Below, in pieces: positions 12,801 to 23,029 of a stretch of 42,517 nucleotides of DNA. This stretch comes from Intoshia linei (lineage: Eukaryota > Animalia > Orthonectida): the NCBI GenBank assembly GCA_001642005.1, contig LWCA01000188.1, forward strand, positions 1 to 42,517. The letters run 5' to 3'. The first letter of the stretch is position 1, and each line of letters opens with the position of its first letter. The notes beneath the pieces are model-generated. The model searched no databases, was not told where the DNA came from, and saw only the letters and a list, made by a program, of their open reading frames with translations. Made by a program: the position numbers and the translations under genes.

Positions 12801-13414
12801 CTTAAATTTTATACGCATTTCTTGATTTTTTGCGTATTTTTTTTGAAGCAATGATATCAATCTTTTTACTTCCAATACATTCAACTCTACCTAATAAACC
12901 CAAAATAAAAAGTTTTAAATTTATAGTATCACTTTTTCAAAGGGTATCATCAGATATTTATTACAACTATTACTCATGTACATTGTAATTAGGGTGGATT
13001 TTCATAGTAAAATTTTTTTCATTTTCAAATAGGCCCTTCAATAATTTTGTTCATTTTATTAATACATACACTCATGCCAAATTTTACATAAAAAAAATAA
13101 CGTCATAGAAGTGCTAAATGACGTGCAAAGCTAAAAAATTGACATAAATGTTCATATATTTGTTCACTAATATTCTCTGATGGGCCATTCTCTAATTTTA
13201 TTCTTGGAATCAATGGAATAGGCCAACTATAAATAATATAAATTTATTTAAACCTCTTCATTATTTTCTATTAAAGTATCAATATCCAGTTTCGCTTTTT
13301 TTGGTTTTACTTCAACATGCGAGCTATCAATGTCATCAGATTTTGCTTTCTAATTTTTATCAACTTTAATTTATATATTCATACATGATATTGTAATAAT
13401 TCATCGATATTCAT
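6897..13414 (-). CDS. CTNNBL1: Beta-catenin-like protein 1 (PRP19/CDC5L spliceosome complex)
   Basis: 13 exons in a continuous frame: 13414-13385, 13349-13254, 12890-12787, 11315-11176, 11134-10845, 9556-9484, 9046-8988, 8952-8804, 8604-8423, 7680-7517, 7479-7381, 7146-7074, 7039-6897. Family motifs KNQEMRIKFKETPEKFMESE, NKSYAAEILAILLQ, FLDGEGIELMVLMMREKKVSR, EEHVLSIICSLL, RLLDKFTENNYEKIERL, GLFTLQ. Confidence 0.95.
8179..8410 (+). mobile_element. hATm-like fragment in CTNNBL1 intron
   Basis: Starts TAGGGTG at 8179; downstream peptide ISRWSAHSN weakly resembles the ARW motif. Confidence 0.35.
9082..9326. mobile_element. Degenerate hAT-like MITE
   Basis: CAGGGCGGCAACC ... GGTTGCAGCCCCTA imperfect TIRs; flanks share only TACAG. 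Confidence 0.4.
9985..10660 (+). mobile_element. Helitron-like repeat body in CTNNBL1 intron 5
   Basis: Shares blocks AAGTGACGCCTTC, ATTCTGATACAGCTTATTCCAG, CCCGGTGAAAAATAATTTTTAAT, TACACATTTCCAA with 17200-17690 and 26040-26520. Confidence 0.7.
11536..11637 (+). mobile_element. pogo/Tigger-type MITE left end, apparently interrupted by the piggyBac-like element
   Basis: TA|CAG start followed by three TAACGGA repeats and an inverted TCCGTTA. Confidence 0.4.
11642..12368. mobile_element. piggyBac-like non-autonomous element (727 bp)
   Basis: TTAA (11638-11641) + CTCTTACGAGAC ... GTCTCGTAAGAG + TTAA (12369-12372): perfect 12-bp TIR with TTAA duplication. Confidence 0.85.
12024..12185 (+). pseudogene. 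Non-LTR retrotransposon APE-type endonuclease N-terminal fragment
   Basis: MVPKHQIKFETLNLQGGTLKKNTDIANNMQQYKMTALCTTETKLKIDQGGKTL*: TxN and LxETK-like motifs at the spacing expected for APE motifs I and II. Confidence 0.6.
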
Positions 13415-13531
13415 TCTTTATTTATAATATTAAAGTTTTAATTTAAATATCGGTAAATTTTGTAGTCATAACGTTATTTTATTTGAATATCTTCATTTAA
13501 TCCAATATTATGTTCAAACGGTATCAAAATG

Positions 13532-14314
13532 AGGTCTTTCTTATTTTAGAGCCAATAGTTTGAAGATTTTATATAAACTTTATTGAAAAAATAAATATTA
13601 TCATAAAACCACCAAATTAAATAATAATTTATTGTTTTTATCGTACTTTTTATAATGAGCATGGATATTTCGAGTTTAGATGATTTTAATTTGGAAAATT
13701 TCTATATTGCAACTAAAACCATTGAAACAAGCATAAATTTTTGCTAAAAATTCGGTTTTTCTTATTTTAATTGTGAATAGGTCTAATGAATTCATGTAAG
13801 GTATGTCCATTGTGCAACCGGCAGATGTTTTTTCCAAAAACGTGTATAGATAGTTGTAAATGGAGATGTTTAGCCCCGTGTAGCAAAGTATTATCGATAA
13901 GGAAGGATACCTTTTTTTAAAAAAGTTTTTATTTTGGATTTCAAATCTTATACAGATTGTTTTAATATAATGTAACCATTTAATAAACGTATTGTAACAA
14001 TTAAACATTAATTATGTATTTTTTAATTCATTGATTAATTGTCATTCCTTTTTCTGCACTTTCTTGGTATTTGATTAAAAATTAAATTTATCAATATTAT
14101 TTTTAGTATAAAATACAATTTTATAACAATTGGAAATAAATTATCGATAAAATTAAAAAATACGTCAAATGTAAATTTTTATCTTGTCTATTTGTACACT
14201 AAAACAATTTTTGCCATCACTGACGTATATTGTTAACAAAGAAAATAAATTTTATTTTTTCAATAAAGTTTATATAAAATCTTCAAACTATTGACTCCAA
14301 AATACGAAAGACCC
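13532..14314 (+). mobile_element. Merlin (IS1595-like) transposon, internally deleted
   Basis: About 70-bp TIRs (AGGTCTTTCTTATTTTAGAGCCAATAGTTTGAAGATTTTATATAAA... / ...GAAAGACCC); perfect 8-bp TSD TCAAAATG (13524-13531, 14315-14322); internal relic CPLCNRQM...DSCKWRCLAPCSKVLSIRKDTFF typical of the Merlin zinc-ribbon N-terminus. A further solo TIR lies near 14684-14750. Confidence 0.85.
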
Positions 14315-14998
14315 TCAAAATGTTATCGTTGGAGTCAATCAAAATTTTAATGTTATCCATATACTAGAGTTCTGTATCGGATCGTGTTGAGGTGATATGT
14401 AAGAACGAAGCGAAAATTTTTTGACCGAAACGATTAAAATTTAATTTACAAAAACTAATTAAATTAAGTTAAAGATTAGTTAATTAAAATTCAGTAATTC
14501 TGTTAATATAGAATTTTCCCCATAGTGACACATATGTAAGGGAATTTAATTTTTTTAAATAAAAACCATTAAAAAATCATATTTCTTGTTATAATGAGTT
14601 TTTGAATAACACATAACGAAGTAATATGCACAAAACATTATGAACGGGTCCACACCAGTTTTTTGGGTCCATGAAAAATTTATAGGTCTTTGTATTTTAG
14701 AGCCAATTATTTTAACATACTATATAAACGTTATTGGAAAATAAAATTTTTTTCTTAAATAAAAAGTTAACTAAATCATAAACGGATAAATTTAAAAAAT
14801 AAGTATAATTTCAAAATTTATTTCAAACATAAAAAAGTGCTGTATTCACAAGGTTAAAAAGTTGACTTAATAAACACGCCCATAAAAAGTTTTGACACTA
14901 AAACACTGGAGCAAGCAAAGAAATTTAACCAACGACAAGGTTACATAAATTAAATGGTATTTTTATTATGTACAAATGGTAAAATGAACACACAATTA

Positions 14999-15635
14999 CT
15001 AATCAAATGGCACAGGCTGAATTCTTTTAGATTTTCCAAGAATCCAATTTCGGTATTTAGTAAAACTACAAAGTCCAATCTGATACATACTCAACTCTTC
15101 ATTATCTGTATTTTTAATAAAAGTATTTTCATTATAGTTGTCTCCACACAACGCAGCATCATATATTAAAGAAAACCTTTGTTTAAAAACCTAAAATGAA
15201 AAATAAATGTACCAGTAAAAATGAAAAAGTAACAAAAATTACATTCAAGATATTGACGACAAATTTATTATTAATTTGAGAATCATGAGCAAACATTTTT
15301 AAAATTTTAATTCCAGTAACATAAAAAGAAGGCATCAATTTTTTCAAATTAACAACAGTAGCATCAGCTAAAAAAATGTCTCTATAAGTCGCAGTATAAG
15401 CCTTTGGTAAAGAAACTTTCATAACATTTTCAGATTCTTGTAAACCAATTCTTCTATCCAATAAACTAATCATTGCCCAATAAGCTAAATCAATTTTAGT
15501 TCCCAACAAAATGTCTTTATCAGAGTTTCCCGGAATTATATGACCTAATCCTTGAATATTCTTCTGAAATACAACAGAGAATCTATAATTTTCGGCAATT
15601 AAATCTTCAATGTCTAAGTAATTTTCATTAACCAT
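14999..15635 (-). CDS. GINS3: GINS complex subunit PSF3
   Basis: Exons 15635-15243 and 15190-14999 (52-nt intron): NYLDIEDLIAE...LGHI...GTKIDLAYW...LPKAY...ADATVVNL...SFY...|VFKQRF...YRNW...PFD*. Confidence 0.92.
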
Positions 15636-15748
15636 TCAAAGAATCATATTAGCATGGATAATGAATAAATTTAAAATAAATTTGCACTGCTAAGCAAATA
15701 ATAAAGTTACGCGTAATTAAAATTTAAATTTACTATTTATCAATTTAA
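15636..15748. promoter_or_regulatory. Probable bidirectional promoter GINS3/EDC4 (113 bp between ATGs)
   Basis: Divergent start codons at 15635(-) and 15749(+); contains palindrome TTACGCGTAA at 15707-15716. Confidence 0.55.
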
Positions 15749-18700
15749 ATGTCGAAATATATGTAATTTATTTATCATTAAAATTAAAATGTTTTAATTT
15801 TTAACATTAATATAGGCACGTAACAGAGAAATCGCAACGAATAGTTTCTCTTAAAACCAACTTAAATATTAGTTTGCAAACCAAACCTACACATAATGTA
15901 AACTTTTTTAATGTTTCATATTTACTGTTAACTTAATTTTTATAGATTGAATCATCAAAACTATTTAACTTTAAGAAAAAGAAAATTATACAGTTAAAAT
16001 TTAGTTACAATAAAAGGTGTATTGTTTATTTATACGAATCGGGTATATCAAACCCTCAAACACAAGCCGATGCCAATGTGTTGGCATGCTCAAATCTTAA
16101 AGATGAAGAATCCATTATAACAAAAATGCAATGTCTCCAATTTGATTTTGCTCATCATGACAAAGAAATTATCGGATATTGTTTTATGAAAGATAATACT
16201 CTCCATTTTCGACTTGTATCAATAACTGTCACTAAACCAATGTAAGTTTTCTCATTAGAACCCTACATGGACATTATTTTGTTTTTTTCTAATTGTAATT
16301 CATTTATATTTATTTTTTTGGTTGGATCCGTAAATCTTCATCCGTGTATTAGATACTGCAGTACGCGATAATGATTTATTACATTATTATTAAAAATTGT
16401 TTTTTGGTGAAATAACCATGCGTGGCTCTATTTTTTAGGAAGATTACTTTTTGTAATATAAATTATAACGTTACAATCTTTATAATTTAGACAATTTGTG
16501 ACTTTATTAAAAATGGATTGTGGAAAAATGGAAAATTCAACCAAGTTTATTGACTTTAATTTTAATCAAGATAAATTTAAAAATATTTTGGTGTTTATCA
16601 ACCTTAACGAATTTGTAAGTTTTTGTTTATATTTATCATTGTTTCTCAAATCTATTTATCCTTATTTATATAAAGTAACAAAAAGATGGAAAATTAGGGT
16701 TTTTGACCAGTTGGGAGGTTGAAATTATGTTTGTGAACACCGACATAAAACACTGTAATTGAAATGTGGATTATATAAAATTCTAAGACTCGTAGTTATT
16801 TAAATAAAGCTAAACACACAAACAAACAAAAATCGCGTAGCATATTATATAAGTTAGGATATAGTTAAAAATGTATGTTTGTTTAAGAAAGATTCTTACT
16901 TACTTTCTTAAATTACTATATATAAAATTCTAAGACAGGTAGTTATTTAAATAAAGCTAAACATACAAACAAACAAAAATCGCGTAGCATATTATATAAG
17001 TTAGAATTTAGTTAAAAATGTATGCTTGTTTAAGAAAGTAAGATTCTTCTTACTGTAAGAAGATTTTAGTTTTAAAAATGAAACATGTCCTAAAATTATT
17101 TTAAACATATTCTGGGATAGTTTTTAAAATCATAAACATTATCATAAATGGAAACCTCAAGAAAAATAATTTTCACGATCAAAACCACACATTACCATTT
17201 TTTTTTAAATCAACACAGCCTTAGAATTTAAAAAAATTACAGATGGTACAGTTATATCCTGTTAAGACACACAAAAATTTTTAATCTGAATAAGTGACGC
17301 TTTCACAGTCAAAAAAGTACTTGAATATTCATTTTTTTTATTTCGAAACTATTTTATTAAAACAAAAAATGTGAAATAATTAATGGTCATACAATTAAAA
17401 AAAAATATTTTTCTGATGGATCTTATTTCATTTGATATAAATACAAAATTTCAACCCCAGAAGTCTGCATTTACGGTGAAAAATAATTTTAATATATTAT
17501 CAACCAATATTTTTCATGTTGGATTAAAATTAAAAATGAAAAAGTAAAATAATCATCTTACAATTTCAGAAAAAATGTGCATTGAACGTCTACACATTTC
17601 CAATAAAGAAATATGAGTGAAAATCTATATAATTGAATCCTTAGGAATTTTTTTCATTCCTACGCAATTTTTCATTATCAAATCATTGTTTAAATCTTAA
17701 TAATTTTTATATTTATTACAAGGATTTGGAATATTGGTAGAATTCATCTGAAATATGTTTCTAAATGATGATTCCGTTAATTATGGATACATAATTGGTA
17801 TTTTTAATTATTTATTACATTGGTACTGAATATATATTATCACAATTTAAAATAACAAAATGGGTTTTTATAATTTTATTTTTTTTGAAATTTATGCTAT
17901 TTATAACAATTTTTAGGATTGGACTGTTTTTACTTTATTTTTAATATTCTTTACACAAATGTTAACAAAATAAATTTAACGTGGAATAATTCACTTTAAA
18001 TTAAAAGGTAATGTGATATGACAGGTCCACGTGTAACAAGTTTCGAACACTCCTTTAAATGATATATAATAGTGAATAGTAGCATTTTTAGGTTAAATTT
18101 ATTTTTCTGGTACATAAAAATGTCCGCCCTCGGCAGAGTTAGGATGCTGTTTGTGTTTAGTTTTGCTGTTTATAATCTAGTACTATATAACACTCAATGT
18201 ACGTGTATAATTCATTCTGTATATTTATTTATTTAGATACAATTTGTAATATATGACGACGAAAACCAAGGTTATGAAATTGGAATCCTCCAAAAAAGTG
18301 TACATGTTTTTTTATTTCAAATTCTTTTCAAAAAACCAACAACTGTATTCAACCATAATTATGATAATAATAATTATAATAAATCAGTGATTATTAATCA
18401 CTCATTTTAGTTTTTCCTGTTGTATTTTGTTAAATGAAAGTTTATGTATTATTGATATATCAATGATAACTCTGAAGTCAAATTGTTCATTTTAATGTGG
18501 TTGACGACAAATGTAATAGATTCCATTCCTAAATAATTGAGAATAATATTAATGTGATTTGATAAGGATAGATATTGACAATTATATTTTTTGTAAGATT
18601 ACTGAACGACTTGGTTATATGGATGAAAATATCATACCCGTTTCTTGATTATGTTGGATTATGCCATATCATTTAGTGAACAATGTTCACTGAACATCTT

Positions 18701-21700
18701 GAAATACATGTATAAAATATTTGTATTCATTAATCACGATGTCTATATTATTTATCAATTTGTGTTGTCATGTATGCGATATACTCACCTTTGAGACATA
18801 AGTTTATTTATAATTGATATTTTCAATCTGCACACTATGAATAACGAGTATATCTGTGAAATTTGTGGTGTTCCAATAAAAACAAAGTATGGTTTACAAA
18901 GACACAAAAAGACTCACATTAAATTAAAACAATTCATTTGTAGTATATGCGGAATACACATCTCGAGAAGTGATAATTTGAAAAGACACCAAAATCGTCG
19001 ACATCCAAACCTCTCAGCTGCCCAAAAAATTTCTTTATTGAACACGGACACCCAGAAGCAAGCATTGACTAATGCTACTCCAATAAATGCAGATATCATA
19101 GATTCCACTAACCGTAACATCAAAAAAGCTACTTTTCCACCAATAATTTCTATAAATAATTTTTCATCTAAAAACATAACTATCAGTTCAAAACCAAAAC
19201 CTATTCTAAATGAAATTAATAAAATAGGTAACGTAAAAATGGAATCTCATGCCGAGTATAGATTCATTCCAAGTATGTCTACAAATTTAAAACCTCCAAC
19301 AACATTATCACCCCAGGACATGGATCTTACATTTGATTTAATGTCAAACATAAATGATCAACTTAAATGCAAAAATAATAAATCACAAATTATAGCTTGT
19401 TTAATTAAATCTTTTTTAAAAGATTCATCAATTAAACAGTTGGTAGAGAAGGACTAATTAGGTTATTACAGATTTAAATTATTTTTTAATCACTGTAATA
19501 AAATTTAATAAAAAAATCACGAATTATTTCCTAAAAAATGATCCAAAAATTATAAAACTACGCATTTATAATGTTATTTTAGAAAATCTCAAAGATTTTA
19601 ACACTATCTCAAAAATTAATTTTATTGGACGAATCAAATTATTTTATTCTTTTCAACATTGATAAATTATATATCACATTCAAGTATTTGTAATAATGTA
19701 TATATTTCATAATCTAGTAAAGAGTATGAATGGAAACCTGTGATGGAAGAAATTGATTTTATTTTAATTATTCATGGCTGTATTTCTCCGGTAGAACCAA
19801 TAAACCATGAAAACGACCATCTTTTAATTGCTTATGAAAAAAACATTGATATTTACCACATTAAAGATTTTAATCTTAAGCAATCATTTGTGATGAATAA
19901 TTTTTTGACGAAGGATTGTTTAATCTCAGTTGATAAAGTGTACCAAAACTTACTCGTTGTGTATCGAAATCGTCCGGTTTGTTTAATTTTTATTTTGAAA
20001 TAATTATTTTTAGATTTTGTTGTTTTTTAAAAGAAACCTAATAAATAGTACCATATACGAATCTGTTAGATTGGTTTATTTTCCATGTCTATACGGTTTT
20101 ATTGATATATCCTTAAATGGTAATATTTATTTGTGCGTTAAAAATACAAATGAAATATGCGTTAATTTTTAATTTATCAAGTTATTACTGAAGGGATGTT
20201 TATATTTCATGGTGCGTTAAATTTTAAAGTTGATAGTTTTTGACTACATTTTAGAATCTTTTGATGAGGATTGCAACCAAACTGGTGACTACATCAACGT
20301 ATGTGGATTATCTAATCGGTAACATATATTGTAACATAAATAACTATTAGTAATTTATTGGTGTATTTTCAGGCATACTAAATTGATTAAAGTGAAAATT
20401 TACTGAATAACGTGAATAATTTTCACGTAAGTTAAATTTAATCTATGTAACGATTTAACTTAGTTCGATAATCGTTCCCAAAACCGAACCTAGCAAGCTC
20501 GTGGCCACTCCTAAAATGAAAAATAGCCCCTTAAAAAAATTTTTAATCGAATTATAATGTCATATAACTTTATTTACCTTTTAAGACTCATTTTAAGAAT
20601 TAACATTTTAAATTTAACACAAATTAGTTGATATTCAAAAAAAAATTTATTCTCAATTGAGTAAATTAAAGCCCCATCTTAACAATTTTTCGTTGAGATC
20701 TATTGGTAGAAGGGTCTCGGATACGGTAGGTTCAGTACTGGTAGTTCACCATAATTATGTTTGAAATTAATAATTTTTTTAATGACGCCATTGAGCTATT
20801 ATGTCAAAATTAAGGTTAAATTTTCGATTTAAGGAGGAATATATAATAAAAAAATGGAAATATTACTTTAGTGACGTGTTCAGGATTAAGGGGATTTTGT
20901 TTAAAAATTATGTGATCCACCCATTTTTTTGTGTGACAAGTGGTCCATGGTGGATAAAGTTTTGGAACCACGGGTCTAAGGGTTAATATGTTGAACCAAG
21001 TAACAGTAAGTTTACTGAGTAAACATTACGATTGTACAAAATTAAATATCGGTTACTGAAATATAACTTGATTTAGAAATCTTGAATCTGCAATGATACA
21101 TCTAACATCTGTTGATGAACTTGAAGGAACAATTGATTCAGTTATCTCTATAAAAAATGCTTCTATAGACAACATGACAAAAAAAAGTAAAATTGTACCT
21201 AAAATACTTAATGAAAATGGTGCTAAAGAAACAATTCAAACGATAAATCAAAGTACTAATATTGTTGTATTTTTTATATTTATATAGATGTGATACAAGA
21301 ACAGTGTTTGATTGCCATCAATAGTGCAATTTCTAAATTATCCACAAAGAGTAATTTTATTTACTTTTGATTTTGATTTTATTTATAGTTGTGAAACCAG
21401 AAGAATTTAATGATGTATTTTTATAGTTTATTTTAACACTGTCATGATATTCTGTACCAGCCACTTTGATTGGTCTAACGCAGTGTTGTTCAAAGTGAGA
21501 TTTGCCGGTGTGAAGCATTAATTTTTTGATTATGTTAAGTTAATTTTGCGTTTTATCATGCTAATAATAAGATGAAATAATATTTTCATATTTATTTATT
21601 ATCAGTTATGTCATACAAAAATTTTTATGTAAATTTTCTTGTAGATGAGCAAATTTAAAATTTTTTTATACAAGTGGATTATATAATGGTGTATTTAATA

Positions 21701-22882
21701 AATGACCAATTTCACGAAAGTGGTTGGGAAATAAATTCTTTTTTTTTTGAGTGTGCGGCAATATTTCAAATTTATTGTTACTGTGCCGTCATTAACGTGA
21801 CAACGACCCGTCAACCAAAAGAGTTTGAGAAACACTGGTCTACCGTTTATCTATTTTGATAATAAATATACAATTCTTTAAAGAAATATTTTTATTATGT
21901 CAAAATTTTAAATTTTGAAATATTTCATTAATTATACAATATACAGCATTTAATTAAATTTACTTAGAATCTAACAAAAAATATATGCGACCAAATTCGT
22001 CATCCTGTGTTACAATGTATGGAAATTTACTTTAAGCCTATGCATCACTCCATTATGGAATCTCTAAGCAATATGACAAAATATGTATCGGGTTGGATTT
22101 TTAAATATTTTTAAATTAATTAATTCAAATAGATGCTGGGTCTACAAAAAACGCAGACCTTGATAGAAGAATCCAAAATGTGATCAAATATAATTTTATA
22201 TTTAAAAAAGAAGTTTTAAAAAGATTCGATGACGTGAATGAAAAAATAAACCTTTTAAACCAAAAATTTGACATTTTGTAAGTTTAATTTTTAGTATCTA
22301 TTGAAAAAATTATAATTTTAATTAGTATGAAAAGAATTAATGATGCTAATGATTCAAAATTATTAGTTGAAGAAAATTTTGTTGAAAACGGTCAAGTAGT
22401 AAGCGAGGAAATTAAAATATTTGAAGCTGTTGACAGTGGAGATTTACCTCAAGCTTTCGAACTAGTTTTATTATTTGTAGTTTAGATTTAATTTGTCTAG
22501 GCCTTGATGTCAAACAGTTTGGATCTTCTGACACGGTTGTGCAATCGCGTTTCCGTCGATGACTTGTTTAATGAAAATGGAACAATTATCTTGGAACAGA
22601 GAATAATCATATCTCTTATTCAGCAATTGACGTTTAACCTTAATGATGATTTGACCATGAAAAAATCGTTTTTACATTTAAGTATTTTATAATATAGAAT
22701 TTAGATATCTCAAAAATTGTTTAATTTCAATAGATTGTGATGATAAAGTTGTAAAGGATTGTATTCAACCAGTAATTGAAAAATGCCTCACTCGTATTAG
22801 TTTGAATACTAAAACAAAACCTGATAGTGAATTAAAGGTTCTTCATACCATGTTTATGGGTATTTCCAAATTTGTTCAATAG
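15749..22882 (+). CDS. EDC4: Enhancer of mRNA-decapping 4 (Ge-1/VARICOSE); internal exon structure partly unresolved
   Basis: WD40 part: exons 15749-15762, 15816-15897, 15946-16241 (FDFAHHDKEII), 16491-16614, about 18237 onward, about 19718 onward (EYEWKP). The C-terminal exons 21077-22882 splice cleanly to AFEL|ALMSNSLDLLTRLC...LEQRIIISLIQQLTFNL...YLKNCLISID, the Ge-1 C-terminal domain; stop TAG 22880-22882. Confidence 0.85.
16680..18160. mobile_element. Helitron-like element in EDC4 intron (two inverted 5'-end copies, body, 3' hairpin end)
   Basis: Minus-strand 5' ends near 16859 and 17006; plus-strand body 17060-17690; 17788-18160 matches 39248-40047 and ends CCCTCGGCAGAGTTAGG...TTAG|T. 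Confidence 0.7.
16772..17054. repeat. Tandem duplication, 147-bp period
   Basis: TATATAAAATTCTAAGAC...AAAAATCGCGTAGCATATTATATAAGTTAG...AAGATTCTT occurs twice (TTCTAAGAC at 16781 and 16928). Confidence 0.9.
18837..19457 (+). CDS. Intronless C2H2 zinc-finger protein (two N-terminal fingers), nested in EDC4 intron
   Basis: 206-aa ORF with YICEICGVPIKTKYGLQRHKKTH and FICSICGIHISRSDNLKRHQNRRH; AATAAA at 19497-19502 and 19507-19512. Confidence 0.88.
   Translation: MNNEYICEICGVPIKTKYGLQRHKKTHIKLKQFICSICGIHISRSDNLKRHQNRRHPNLSAAQKISLLNTDTQKQALTNATPINADIIDSTNRNIKKATFPPIISINNFSSKNITISSKPKPILNEINKIGNVKMESHAEYRFIPSMSTNLKPPTTLSPQDMDLTFDLMSNINDQLKCKNNKSQIIACLIKSFLKDSSIKQLVEKD
21481..21837. mobile_element. 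hAT-Charlie MITE (357 bp) in EDC4 intron
   Basis: CAGTGTTGTTCAAA ... TTTGAGAAACACTG; flanks GTCTAACG / GTCTACCG (7/8 TSD). Confidence 0.8.
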
Positions 22883-23029
22883 TATTTATCTCTTGTATTG
22901 TACAATCTGATTAAAATTTTTAATTTTTAAGTAATGGGTTGAAATTTAGTGTCCTGAGAAAAAATTACACACTTTAAAGTTGTTTAAAATTTATTGACAA
23001 CTAATTTGTGTATTCTTACTTTCTGTTTA

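Noticed and set aside
13676-14008. 110-aa minus-strand ORF
   Set aside because: Antisense of the Merlin transposase relic.
16772-17054. CRISPR-like array
   Set aside because: Only two near-identical units with no unique spacers, in a eukaryotic intron; a duplicated Helitron end.
2411-20420. Stop-codon reassignment (in-frame TAA/TGA in the GPCR-like, tetraspanin-like and EDC4 segments)
   Set aside because: Conserved genes here use TGG for Trp, have no internal stops, and end with TAA (CTNNBL1, snf), TAG (GINS3, EDC4) and TGA (KAT7); the standard code fits.
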